A stretch of DNA of 64,000 nucleotides from Clostridia bacterium (GTDB lineage: Bacteria; Bacillota; Peptococcia; DRI-13; SV3-B141). Of the stretch, positions 1-9,420 are shown one piece after another (the first letter of the stretch is position 1; the number at the start of each line of letters is the position of its first letter). The position numbers and the translations under genes are program-made. The notes under the pieces were generated by a model. That model saw only the letters and a list, made by a program, of their open reading frames with translations. It ran no database searches and had not been told where the DNA came from. Location: assembly GCA_018433015.1 (NCBI GenBank), contig JAHDSB010000077.1, positions 742 through 64,741 of the forward strand, in the 5' to 3' direction.

Positions 1-785
1 CAGTCACTGTCCAGAGGTTTATTACGGGTATGAAGTTTTAGTATGGCCAAACGACCGGCTTTATCAGGTAGATCCACCTTGACTTGCCTATCAAATCTTC
101 CTGGTCTTAATAGGGCAGTATCAAGTAAATCCGGCCTATTGGTAGCAGCGATTAGAAGAATTTGAATATCCTCATTGTTAGTTAAACCATCCATTTCTAC
201 TAGAAGTTGATTTAAGGTCTGATCATATTCCAAATGGCTGGTATGACTCCCCCGCTTTCCTCCTAAAACATCAATTTCATCAATAAAGATGATAGCCCGA
301 TTTTTCTTCTGTTTTACCGCATTTTCTCTAGCTGTTTTAAAAAGTCCTCTTACCCTTTGTGCTCCAACTCCTGCATACATCTCAATAAATTCACTACCTG
401 AAGTTGCTAAAAATACTGCATCAGAATACCCTGCTGCTGCTTTTGCCAAAAGCGTTTTTCCTGTACCCGGAGGTCCCGTTAAAAGTATCCCTTTCAGGGG
501 ACGAATCCCCATTTGACTGGCTTGCCTTGATTTAATTAAAAACTCCAAGGCCTCCTTTAATTCTTGTTTAGGGGTTTCCTGTCCACCAATATCTTCAAAC
601 TTAAATTTGCTTTTCTCTACTACTTTCTGATATGAATTTATTTTCAGCAATCCATTGCGCTTTGATATGACCAAGAGAACAACACCCATAACCCCGATAA
701 TTAGAAGAGGTGTTAAATCATAACCTATATAAGCTAAATAAGAGAGACCTCCAATTATTGCACCGAACAGCAATTCCTTTTTCAC
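1..785 (-). CDS. FtsH-family AAA+ ATPase, N-terminal ~261 codons (gene continues beyond window start)
   Basis: Absent from the ORF track because no stop lies in the window. Hand translation from GTG at 785 (TAGTG overlap with upstream stop, G7 Shine-Dalgarno about 10 nt upstream) gives two N-terminal hydrophobic helices. These are followed by Walker A GPPGTGKT, Walker B IIFIDEID and ATNRPDLLDTALLRPGRFDR. Confidence 0.8.
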   Translation of the reverse strand, partial: MKKELLFGAIIGGLSYLAYIGYDLTPLLIIGVMGVVLLVISKRNGLLKINSYQKVVEKSKFKFEDIGGQETPKQELKEALEFLIKSRQASQMGIRPLKGILLTGPPGTGKTLLAKAAAGYSDAVFLATSGSEFIEMYAGVGAQRVRGLFKTARENAVKQKKNRAIIFIDEIDVLGGKRGSHTSHLEYDQTLNQLLVEMDGLTNNEDIQILLIAATNRPDLLDTALLRPGRFDRQVKVDLPDKAGRLAILKLHTRNKPLDSD

Positions 786-1342
786 TATAGGTATTCCCCC
801 CCTATTGTATTAATTACGGTCAATGGTGAGTCAGCGCGTTTAATAACCATATGGGCATAGTTATCTTTAGTACGAGTAGTTAAAAAAATGAATTTATCAT
901 CCATCTCTACTTCCCATTCTAAGTTTTGTCCAGTAGATATTTTTGCTAAATTTTCTGTTAGTTGTGAATATTTTCCTGTACTAATAGCTTCATAAATAGG
1001 CAACTGGGAAGAACTTAAGATCTTTTCCAATTGAGAATCCTTATTATTACTAATTTCGATGGTTAAATTGTTAACACGGTTGGACTGAGTTTCTAATTGA
1101 TCTAATAGATTATAAAAATTCGCCTTAAGCTTCCCTTGATCACTAAAATTAACTTTGAGTTTCTCATGGGAACTATATTTCTCAATGGCAAAAGAAGTAA
1201 CGGCAGGCATATTACTTAGAGATGCCTCTAGGGGGTTAGTATATATTATTTTTTTGTATACAGAGGAACCACCAATCAGTAGAACTAAGGTCAAAACAGC
1301 TGTTACTAAAATTGTTAGAATTCGCATGATTTTTTGTGACAA
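785..1342 (-). CDS. hypothetical membrane-anchored protein (single N-terminal TM helix)
   Basis: Track ORF 785..1351. GAGGAGGAG lies 9 nt upstream of the TTG at 1342, so that start is preferred. Hydrophobic N-terminus ILTILVTAVLTLVLLIGG; no recognisable family motif. Confidence 0.55.
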   Translation of the reverse strand: MSQKIMRILTILVTAVLTLVLLIGGSSVYKKIIYTNPLEASLSNMPAVTSFAIEKYSSHEKLKVNFSDQGKLKANFYNLLDQLETQSNRVNNLTIEISNNKDSQLEKILSSSQLPIYEAISTGKYSQLTENLAKISTGQNLEWEVEMDDKFIFLTTRTKDNYAHMVIKRADSPLTVINTIGGEYL

Positions 1343-1374
1343 TTTCAACAACTCCTCCTCGGAGTATTATAACA

Positions 1375-1409
1375 TAAGAAAACCAGCCTTTCCTTAGAGA
1401 ATGGCTGGT
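1375..1409 (-). terminator. rho-independent terminator after pgpA
   Basis: Minus-strand stem ACCAGCC/GGCTGGT (7 bp, 14-nt loop) followed by TTTTCTTATGTT. Confidence 0.6.
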
Positions 1410-1419
1410 AAATAAACCT

Positions 1420-1866
1420 TTAAAGCGTTATATAGTACCCGTGGGCAATAATCAAAAGATGCAAGATATAGCGTGCGGCTAAGCCTGCCACCACATCATC
1501 GATCATGACTCCTAGTCCTCGTGGTAATTCTTGTAATTTATTAATAGGAAATGGTTTTAAGATATCTAGCATTCTAAACAGTGCAAAAGCAACTATAAAT
1601 TCTGAAACTGTTTGTAAATGCCAGATGGCAATAAACATCCCGCAAAATTCATCGAATACTATTTTAGAGCAATCATGCTGTGCAAATAATTCCTCACCTT
1701 TGGTACAAATGGGTATTCCTATCAAGCATAGCACTAATATTTGCCAGGTTTGTAGCGGTATGTACCAACCAATGATTAGGGCTACCCCACTGCCTACTGT
1801 TCCTGGAAACCAAGGGAAATACCCGCTGCCAAATCCTGTAGCAAAAAACTTTCCCAAAAAACTCAT
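1420..1866 (-). CDS. pgpA: phosphatidylglycerophosphatase A
   Basis: N-terminus GFGSGYFPWFPGTVGS and C-terminal GLGVMIDDVVAG are typical of PgpA. ATGA start/stop overlap with pgsA. Confidence 0.85.
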   Translation of the reverse strand: MSFLGKFFATGFGSGYFPWFPGTVGSGVALIIGWYIPLQTWQILVLCLIGIPICTKGEELFAQHDCSKIVFDEFCGMFIAIWHLQTVSEFIVAFALFRMLDILKPFPINKLQELPRGLGVMIDDVVAGLAARYILHLLIIAHGYYITL

Positions 1867-2408
1867 TTTAAATTTAACCTCTGACTCTTTCTAGCCTTAA
1901 GAAAATAATCTACTCCTGACCAAATTGTAAAGAAGACAGCCACATACAATGCATACTTGCTAAAGGTAATATTTAATAAACTAAAAGGAAAATCATTTAA
2001 AAGATAAGCTGATATAGCCACAATTTGGGTAACAGTTTTTATTTTTCCCAGTTTACTTGCTGCAATAACCACGCCTTCACTAGAGGCAATGGCTCTAAGC
2101 CCTGTAACAAAAAATTCTCGCCCTATAATAACTACTGCTATCCATCCCGGTATTTCTTTCAATTCCACCAGGGATATCAAGGCAGCCGATACTAAGAGCT
2201 TATCAGCTAAGGGATCCATTAATTTCCCGAAATTTGTTACTTCTTTTCTTTTTCTAGCAATATAGCCATCTAATCCATCGGTACTTGCAGCTATGATAAA
2301 GATAGCTGCTGCTATATATTTACCAAACGGAATCTTAATTAATAAAACCGTCATAAAGATGGGGATAAGTATAATTCTCGATATCGTTAATTTATTAGCC
2401 AAGTTCAC
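1863..2408 (-). CDS. pgsA: CDP-diacylglycerol--glycerol-3-phosphate 3-phosphatidyltransferase
   Basis: CDP-alcohol phosphatidyltransferase motif DGLDGYIARKRKEVTNFGKLMDPLADK. GTG at 2408 has GGGAGAG 7 nt upstream and gives the typical N-terminus (M)NLANKLTISR. The track start at 2438 (TTG) has no SD. Confidence 0.88.
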   Translation of the reverse strand: MNLANKLTISRIILIPIFMTVLLIKIPFGKYIAAAIFIIAASTDGLDGYIARKRKEVTNFGKLMDPLADKLLVSAALISLVELKEIPGWIAVVIIGREFFVTGLRAIASSEGVVIAASKLGKIKTVTQIVAISAYLLNDFPFSLLNITFSKYALYVAVFFTIWSGVDYFLKARKSQRLNLK

Positions 2409-3741
2409 GGCATATCTCTCCCAATAAAGAAAATTCAAGGCTGTGCGTAATTTTAACTGTGATTATGTCCCCGGGACATAATTTACCGTCGGAATCAAAA
2501 TAAACTACTCCGTCTATTTCTGGGGCATCTCCGCACGTTCTGCCTTCCCACTTACCTTCATAATCTGTACTTGCCCCATCAACGATAATCTGTATTTTTT
2601 TACCTATCAGCTGTTCCTGTTTTTTTGCCAAGATCTTTTCCTGTAGTGCCCTAGCCCGTTCAAGACGTTGCAGCTTGATCTCCTCAGGAATCTGTAAAGG
2701 CATATGACCTGCCGGAGTATCCGCTTCCCTTGAATATGAGAAAAACCCTGCTCTATCAAATTCTACTTCTTGTAGAAACTCTAAGAGTTCCGCAAAATCT
2801 TCTTCCGTTTCCCCTGGGAATCCTACAATAAAAGTAGAACGCAAAGTCATTTCCGGTACAATGGAACGAATTCTCTCAATCAGCTCTCTAGTCTTTTGTT
2901 TATTCATAGGTCTTCCCATATCTTTAAGGATATGGTCTGATATATGCTGTAAAGGTATATCCAAATAAGGGCAGATCTTTGTCTCTTCTTTAATTACCTG
3001 AAGTAATTCGTCTGTAATATAATTTGGATAGCAATATAAGAGTCGTATCCTCTCAAGCTCAGGTATCAGGGCTAACTCCTTTAGTAGCTGGGGTAAATTA
3101 GATTTCCCATAGATATCTATACCATAGAGTGTGGTATCTTGGGCTACTAAAATTATTTCTTTGACACCTTTACGTGCCAGCTCAGAAGCTTCATGAACGA
3201 TGGCTTCTTTTTTTCTGCTACGATAATTTCCACGCAAAGATGGTATAACACAAAAAGAGCAACGATTATAGCACCCTTCTGCAATTTTGATATATGCATA
3301 ATGCCCTCTATCCCCAAGGGGTACTGAGTAATCTTCATTAAACAAGAAATTATTGGGGTCCGTTATAATACATGCTTTCTTCTGAGTACCCAGAGATGAA
3401 AGAGCTTGCGGCAAGCTAGGAATATCACCTGTACCTATGGCTACATCTATTTCCGGTATTTCTGCCATGAGTTCCTGAGCATATTTCTGAACTAAGCACC
3501 CTACAGCAACTAAATACTTACAGTTCCCTTTTTCTTTCCATTGAGCTGCTTCAAGAATGGTAGTGATGGATTCTCTTTTAGCATCCTCAATAAAACCACA
3601 GGTATTTATTATGATAATATCTGCCTGAGAAATATCATCGACTGTTATATAACCATCTGCTTTTAAATAGTGCATAATTTGATCGCTGTCAACCAAGTTC
3701 TTTGGGCAACCTAGTGTGATAATTTTGACATTGAGGGACAT
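2395..3741 (-). CDS. rimO: ribosomal protein S12 methylthiotransferase RimO (radical SAM MTTase)
   Basis: N-terminal TLGCPKNLVDSD, radical SAM cluster motif CYNRCSFC, C-terminal TRAM-like region. Sits next to pgsA as in many Clostridia. Confidence 0.85.
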   Translation of the reverse strand: MSLNVKIITLGCPKNLVDSDQIMHYLKADGYITVDDISQADIIIINTCGFIEDAKRESITTILEAAQWKEKGNCKYLVAVGCLVQKYAQELMAEIPEIDVAIGTGDIPSLPQALSSLGTQKKACIITDPNNFLFNEDYSVPLGDRGHYAYIKIAEGCYNRCSFCVIPSLRGNYRSRKKEAIVHEASELARKGVKEIILVAQDTTLYGIDIYGKSNLPQLLKELALIPELERIRLLYCYPNYITDELLQVIKEETKICPYLDIPLQHISDHILKDMGRPMNKQKTRELIERIRSIVPEMTLRSTFIVGFPGETEEDFAELLEFLQEVEFDRAGFFSYSREADTPAGHMPLQIPEEIKLQRLERARALQEKILAKKQEQLIGKKIQIIVDGASTDYEGKWEGRTCGDAPEIDGVVYFDSDGKLCPGDIITVKITHSLEFSLLGEICRELG

Positions 3742-3783
3742 ATATACTCTCCAATTTTATTATATTTAGCTTACATCTTTTTT

Positions 3784-3812
3784 AGTATATACTACGATAT
3801 CAAGGATGTCAA
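3784..3812 (-). promoter_or_regulatory. sigma-A-type promoter upstream of rimO
   Basis: TTGACA (3812..3807), 17-nt spacer, TATACT (3789..3784). Confidence 0.6.
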
Positions 3813-3875
3813 AGCAGAAGTTATAGCGGCTTTCTAAGCTTATTTCATCTTTTCCCTCTCTATCTTCTATTCTTA

Positions 3876-5672
3876 TTATCTTACTTCTATAATTAAACAT
3901 TTTTTACCTTTTCCTACTAAATCTAAACGTCCTGCTTTTTTTAAAGCACGCAAAACCAAATTATGATTTTCCCGCTTTTTAAACTGCAATAAGGCACGCT
4001 GCATTGCTTTTTCTTCCCCTTTAGGTACATGCACCTTCTTTTTAGTAAAAGGGTGAATTCCCGTGTAATACATAGCCGTGGATAAACTTCCGGGAGTTGG
4101 TATAAACTCCTGAACTTGATCCGGTTGGAAGTTAAGATCTCGTAAATATTCGGCTAGATAGATGGCATCATGCAATGTTGTACCGGGATGCCCCGACATA
4201 AAGTAAGGTATTAAATATTGCTTCTTATGCAATTTTTTGTTCATTTTCATATATGCATCTCTAAATTGATCAAAAACATCAATGGAAGGCTTTCCCATAT
4301 ACTTTGTAACCGCGGGAGATGCATGTTCCGGAGCAACTTTTAATTGTCCGCTAATGTGATATTGGCATAATTCCTGTAAAAACCTACTATTTTTATCTAA
4401 TAATAGATAATCGTAGCGTATCCCTGAGCGAACAAACACTTTCTTTATTCCTGGAACCTTACGTAAAGAACGTAATATATCTAAATAATCATCATGGGTA
4501 ACCTGTAAGTTTTTACAGGGTGTAGGGCTTAGGCACTGGCGTTCCCGACATGTTCCCATCTTTATTTGCTTTTTACAAGCTGGCTGACGGAAATTAGCCG
4601 TTGGTCCTCCTACATCGTGAATATATCCTTTAAAATCAGGATCTAAGACAAAACCAGTAGCCTCTGCTAAAAGTGATTCTTTAGAGCGCGCTTGGATGAT
4701 CTTTCCCTGATGAAAATGCAAGGCACAAAAAGAACAAGCTCCAAAACATCCTCTTTGACTAACTAGGCTAAATCTAACTTCTGATAAACCTGGTATTTCT
4801 TTTCCCTTATAACGGGGATGACTTTTTCTTCTGTACGGAAGATCATAGATTGCATCTAGTTCTTGTGTACTTAAGATGGGAGCTGGAGGGTTTTGAATCA
4901 ATAATTTATCACCATGTTTTTGAGCTATGGCTTTACCTCTTACAGGATCCTGCTCCTGATATGCTAATTTAAAGGCCTCTGCGAAAGCTGCTTTCCCTTT
5001 CATACATTGTTCATATGAAGGTATCCTGACACATTGGGCCGGCTCTTTATCAGCAATATAACAGATGCCCGGTATCTGGGAAAGCTGCTGTACCAATTTA
5101 CCCTTTTTTAATCCTGCCGCCAGATGTTTAATTTGATATTCCGCCATACCATATACCAGCAAATCGGCTTTACTGTCAAATAATATAGAACGTCTTAATT
5201 TATTATCCCAGTAATCATAATGAACAAATCTACGTAAAGAGGCCTCTATACCTCCTATAATAATGGGGATATTTTTAAATACTTGCCTAGCCATATTAGT
5301 ATAAACAATTGTAGCTCTATCGGGACGCAATCCCATCTTACCATCTGGGGAATATGCGTCTTTTTTTCTTTTGTTTTTTCTAGCTGTATAGTGATTCAGC
5401 ATACTATCCAGGTTTCCCCCTGTCACAAGTATACCTAACAAAGGGGCTCCCATTTCTTTTAGACCTAAAGGATTTCTCCAATCCGGTTGAGGTAATATTC
5501 CTACTCTATATCCTAAAGCTTCTAAACGCCTTCCTATTATAGCTGCCCCAAAACTGGGATGGTCCACATAAGCATCGCCCGTTATCAATAAAAAGTCTAA
5601 ACGTTCCCACCCAATTTCCTGCATTTCTTCTCTTGTAGTCGGCAAATAATTAACTGCTATTATAATCACCAC
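3876..5672 (-). CDS. ygiQ: YgiQ-family (UPF0313) radical SAM protein
   Basis: LPTTREEMQEIGWERLDFLLITGDAYVDHPSFG N-terminus and CFGACSFC cluster motif match the YgiQ family. The exact start is uncertain (GTG 5672 versus a downstream TTG). Confidence 0.82.
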   Translation of the reverse strand: MVIIIAVNYLPTTREEMQEIGWERLDFLLITGDAYVDHPSFGAAIIGRRLEALGYRVGILPQPDWRNPLGLKEMGAPLLGILVTGGNLDSMLNHYTARKNKRKKDAYSPDGKMGLRPDRATIVYTNMARQVFKNIPIIIGGIEASLRRFVHYDYWDNKLRRSILFDSKADLLVYGMAEYQIKHLAAGLKKGKLVQQLSQIPGICYIADKEPAQCVRIPSYEQCMKGKAAFAEAFKLAYQEQDPVRGKAIAQKHGDKLLIQNPPAPILSTQELDAIYDLPYRRKSHPRYKGKEIPGLSEVRFSLVSQRGCFGACSFCALHFHQGKIIQARSKESLLAEATGFVLDPDFKGYIHDVGGPTANFRQPACKKQIKMGTCRERQCLSPTPCKNLQVTHDDYLDILRSLRKVPGIKKVFVRSGIRYDYLLLDKNSRFLQELCQYHISGQLKVAPEHASPAVTKYMGKPSIDVFDQFRDAYMKMNKKLHKKQYLIPYFMSGHPGTTLHDAIYLAEYLRDLNFQPDQVQEFIPTPGSLSTAMYYTGIHPFTKKKVHVPKGEEKAMQRALLQFKKRENHNLVLRALKKAGRLDLVGKGKKCLIIEVR

Positions 5673-5723
5673 TTCTAAATAATACTCTTGTATTTAGCTT
5701 CTATTTTGCTTGTCTATTTATGA

Positions 5724-6512
5724 TTATATTTCTTTAATTTCATTATTTTCCAGTTCATATTTCTTCGTTAACACTTCTCCTACTTCTCCAGGAGCACCTA
5801 AATCTTTATCATTTAAAAACATTTTCACATTTCCTGCATTTCCCAATCTCAAGGTAACTTTAGTTAGTCCGGTAAAAGTCTGTTCTTGTCCTTCAGTTAA
5901 GGTCCCCTCATAAATGACTTTTTCCCCATCATTAACCTGCACCCAACATCTATCTTGCACACCTTTAATCTGCAAAGAAAAATCATCGATTTCTTGTGTT
6001 GCTAAATCTCCGTTATCCCGTGGTGTTTCTTCAGGATTCTCAGCATCACCTTCTTCAGCGACAACTGCAGGATTTTCATTCTCTAAGTCACCAGTCTCTT
6101 GTTTATCAGTAATTTGCGGTACAGAATCCTGATCTGTATGGGGATCACTAATAAAGTTTTGGTAAAAATGTTGTGAAGCCGCCAGAAGCAAAACAGCGAT
6201 AATGCCCACAATAATACTTAATTTTCTGCGTGGCCTACCTGGCATTTCGATTTTTTCCGGTAAAGGCTGAGTCTTATTTTCCTCAACCAAATTATTAGCA
6301 AAGGTATCCAATATTTCTTTTTCATTTAAGCCCAGATAAGCACTATATGTCTTTAAAAATCCTCTCAGATATACTTTACCAGGGAATACACTCCATTCCT
6401 CATTCTCCATAGCTTCTAAGTAACGCTTCCTAATTTTTGTATCATTTTCGATTTTATCTAGAGATATCTTTTGTTCGAGCCTTGCGTTCCTTAATGCTTC
6501 ACCAATTTCCAT
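5724..6512 (-). CDS. rodZ: RodZ-like cytoskeleton protein (N-terminal XRE-type HTH, TM helix, C-terminal DUF4115-like domain)
   Basis: IGEALRNARLEQKISLDKIENDTKIRKRYLEAME HTH, central TM helix LSIIVGIIAVLLLAA, C-terminal beta-rich domain. Same position as ymfM/rodZ upstream of pgsA in Bacillus. Confidence 0.75.
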   Translation of the reverse strand: MEIGEALRNARLEQKISLDKIENDTKIRKRYLEAMENEEWSVFPGKVYLRGFLKTYSAYLGLNEKEILDTFANNLVEENKTQPLPEKIEMPGRPRRKLSIIVGIIAVLLLAASQHFYQNFISDPHTDQDSVPQITDKQETGDLENENPAVVAEEGDAENPEETPRDNGDLATQEIDDFSLQIKGVQDRCWVQVNDGEKVIYEGTLTEGQEQTFTGLTKVTLRLGNAGNVKMFLNDKDLGAPGEVGEVLTKKYELENNEIKEI

Positions 6513-6689
6513 AAATACCTTAACACCTCCTCATCCTCTAGTTTTATTATAACAATATAACCATGGGTAACTAGGTAACTCCTTAAAATGGTAAGAAATA
6601 AGTTAACGGATATTAACACTCTATCAATTCAGTTAATAGTATAACTGGTAATATTTAAGAGTACAAGCTACCTTATAATAAATATGTCA

Positions 6690-8972
6690 TCAGCCACTAA
6701 ATGTTCTTTCATACTCTTCCCACGTCATGCGAATAGTCCTGGGTTTACTTCCTTCATAACCTCCCACTATACCCTTCTCTTCCAATTGGTCAACTATACG
6801 GGCAGCCCGTGTATAACCTATCCTTAATCTTCTCTGTAAAAGGGATATGGACGCTTGTCCGTTTTCAATAAAGATTTTTGCGGCTTGAGGCAACAACTCG
6901 TCATCCTCACTAGAACCTTGTATTTCAGGATCTCCCTCTATAGATGTTTCTTGATACTGAGGACTTTTTTGTGCTTTTAAGAAATCAACTAATCTTTCAA
7001 TTTCCTGATCAGAGACAAAAACACCTTGGACCCGTAATGGTTTAGCCATTCCCGTAGGATAAAACAACATATCTCCCCGTCCTAAAAGCTTTTCTGCTCC
7101 TCCCATATCCAAAATAGTACGTGAATCAGTTTGGGAAGATACTGCAAAAGCAATACGTGACGGGATATTAGCTTTAATTATCCCGGTAATAACGTCTACT
7201 GAAGGTCTCTGCGTAGCTACAACCAGATGTATTCCTGCCGCCCGGGCCATTTGGGCCAATCTACAAATAGCATCCTCCACGTCAGCGGGAGCAACCATCA
7301 TTAGATCTGCCAACTCATCGATGAGCACAACTAATTGAGGAAGTTTAGCCAGCTCTTTTTCAGCTTCCATAGTATTATCTTCTATGTTACTCCCCTCATT
7401 TGTATCATCTTCCGTAGTGTTTAAAGAGTTTTCCGTAATGATTTGGTTGTAGCGCACAATATCTTTTGCTCCAGTATTAGCAAATAATTCATAACGAGTC
7501 TCCATCTCATGAACAGCCCAACGTAAAGCTGAAGCAGCTTTCTTGGGATCAGTTACTACGGGAGAAATAAGATGAGGTATGCCATTAAAGTTAGATAATT
7601 CTACTACTTTAGGATCGATCATTAATAATTTAACATCGTCAGGATGTGCCTTATAAAGGACACTAGCTATAATGGAATTCATGCATACACTTTTCCCTGA
7701 GCCCGTAGCCCCGGCAATCAAAAGATGGGGCATCTTTGCCAAGTCAGCTACTATGGGATTCCCACCAATATCTTTACCTAAGGCCACTGTAAGATTAGAT
7801 TTGGATTCTAGAAAAAGCTTGGTCTCTAACACTTCGCGCAAAGTAACTACTGCAATTTCCTCATTAGGAACTTCTATTCCTACTGCTGCTTTTCCCGGGA
7901 TTGGCGCTTCTATGCGTACTTGGGGAGCAGCTAAGGATAAAGCAATATCGTCTGCCAAACCAACTATTCTGCTAACCTTAACTCCCGGTGGAGGTTGAAT
8001 TTCATAACGTGTTATGCTTGGACCTCTGCTGACTTGAGTTACTCTAGCTTTTACCCCAAAATTGTCTAGGGTTTCTTCTAGTATTTGCACTTTATCAGTT
8101 ATATCTTTATTCATTTTATGTCCTTTGAGTTTAGGAGGATTCTGAAGTATATCTACTGAAGGCATTTCAAAGTTATCTTTATATGCAATATTTCCTCCTA
8201 CTATATCTTCGGGGGAAGTACTATTATTAGAGTCTTTCTCTTTAAGTACAGCTGGCGAAGCAGTAAAATTTTCACCTTCTTCTTTTTCACCTTGTTCCTC
8301 ACTTTGAATATTATCGAAGATCACCGGTTTTTCGTCTTCTTCTTTAACTTTTTCCTTAACTTTCTTCTTCTTAGGCTTTTCTTCCGCTTCTTCATCAACT
8401 TCGGTAAAAATGAAATCAATTAATTCCTGCCTTAAGTAAGATAAAAAGCCAAGTATATTTAATGATAAATTTTTTAAGATACTGCTCAAAGGTTTTCTGG
8501 CAATGCCAATTAAGGTAAATACTATGAATACACTCAAAAATATGTAAGATCCAATTTCTCCAAATAAACTTACAGTTAATTTGGTCAATAATGCTCCTAT
8601 TACTCCTCCACCATATCCTTCCCACCCAGAAGTTAGTGTTTGCATTTCCAGAGGTAGTTTTAAATGAAAGCAGGCCAAAAGCGCTATATACAATCCTAAC
8701 CATGATAAGAAGGTATATTTTCCCGACTCAGTTTTCTTCCACACTTTGGTTATTCCCCATAAAAACAGGACAATTGGCAATAGGTATTTACCATTTCCTG
8801 TCATTGTAGTCACTACTCGATAAATGAAACTACCAACAGCCCCGATTGTTGTAATATCATTTTCTCCCGTACCTTGCCATAAACAGAAACAAATAAATAT
8901 ACTTAAACCAAAAAATGCAATACCTACTACTTCATTTTTTACTTCTTCTTTAAATGATTTTCTTTTTCCCAT
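6690..8972 (-). CDS. ftsK: DNA translocase FtsK/SpoIIIE
   Basis: N-terminal polytopic membrane domain, acidic/lysine linker, motor domain with Walker A GATGSGKS and [12 protein letters not shown]-terminal gamma wHTH ([21 protein letters not shown]). Confidence 0.95.
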   Translation of the reverse strand: MGKRKSFKEEVKNEVVGIAFFGLSIFICFCLWQGTGENDITTIGAVGSFIYRVVTTMTGNGKYLLPIVLFLWGITKVWKKTESGKYTFLSWLGLYIALLACFHLKLPLEMQTLTSGWEGYGGGVIGALLTKLTVSLFGEIGSYIFLSVFIVFTLIGIARKPLSSILKNLSLNILGFLSYLRQELIDFIFTEVDEEAEEKPKKKKVKEKVKEEDEKPVIFDNIQSEEQGEKEEGENFTASPAVLKEKDSNNSTSPEDIVGGNIAYKDNFEMPSVDILQNPPKLKGHKMNKDITDKVQILEETLDNFGVKARVTQVSRGPSITRYEIQPPPGVKVSRIVGLADDIALSLAAPQVRIEAPIPGKAAVGIEVPNEEIAVVTLREVLETKLFLESKSNLTVALGKDIGGNPIVADLAKMPHLLIAGATGSGKSVCMNSIIASVLYKAHPDDVKLLMIDPKVVELSNFNGIPHLISPVVTDPKKAASALRWAVHEMETRYELFANTGAKDIVRYNQIITENSLNTTEDDTNEGSNIEDNTMEAEKELAKLPQLVVLIDELADLMMVAPADVEDAICRLAQMARAAGIHLVVATQRPSVDVITGIIKANIPSRIAFAVSSQTDSRTILDMGGAEKLLGRGDMLFYPTGMAKPLRVQGVFVSDQEIERLVDFLKAQKSPQYQETSIEGDPEIQGSSEDDELLPQAAKIFIENGQASISLLQRRLRIGYTRAARIVDQLEEKGIVGGYEGSKPRTIRMTWEEYERTFSG

Positions 8973-9120
8973 AAATTATTGTCACCTCATTACTATAAGT
9001 GTACTATTACAAAGTAACTAGAGCAATGGCTTTTAATAAGTTATTGCTTGTTATTTTACCTGCATTTACAATTATAACAACAGTTTTATAATAATAATCA
9101 ATAAAAATCAAGATATATTT

Positions 9121-9167
9121 AAAATAAAGATAAAAAGAGATAACAGTAAAATAATTACGTTATCTCT
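9121..9167 (-). terminator. rho-independent terminator after ylzJ
   Basis: Stem AGAGATAAC/GTTATCTCT (9 bp) followed by TTTTTATCTTTATTTT on the minus strand. Confidence 0.7.
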
Positions 9168-9178
9168 CTTCTTTATAT

Positions 9179-9367
9179 CTATTCTTTATTACCCTGAGCC
9201 AACTTGCTATCAAAGGATCGATATTCTAAGACTTGTCCTGGTTGGCAAGATCCTGTCAAATAATCTTGTGGATTGGTACTGAGAATACGTTCCACACTGG
9301 CACTTTTGCCATTTACTACTCTTATTTGTACAGGTACTCCTTCAATGGCACTCTCTACAAGTTCCAT
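9179..9367 (-). CDS. ylzJ: YlzJ-like small protein (ATG-defined core; the reading frame is open upstream to 9424+, see findings)
   Basis: Position immediately after tepA and before ftsK/spoIIIE matches Bacillus ylzJ. RILSTNPQDYL resembles the family as I recall it. The upstream in-frame extension [19 protein letters not shown] has no ATG/GTG/TTG. Confidence 0.6.
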   Translation of the reverse strand: MELVESAIEGVPVQIRVVNGKSASVERILSTNPQDYLTGSCQPGQVLEYRSFDSKLAQGNKE

Positions 9368-9420
9368 TTTTTCCTCAGCGTTATACCATAATACTTCCGG
9401 CGGTACAGGTGTATAAATAA

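Noticed and set aside
3153-3338. Minus-strand alternative-frame ORFs nested in larger genes (3153..3338 in rimO, 8416..8703 in ftsK, 29554..29781 in polC, 39757..39990 in cdsA).
   Set aside because: They are fully embedded out of frame in well-supported genes, have no SD and show no recognisable motifs.
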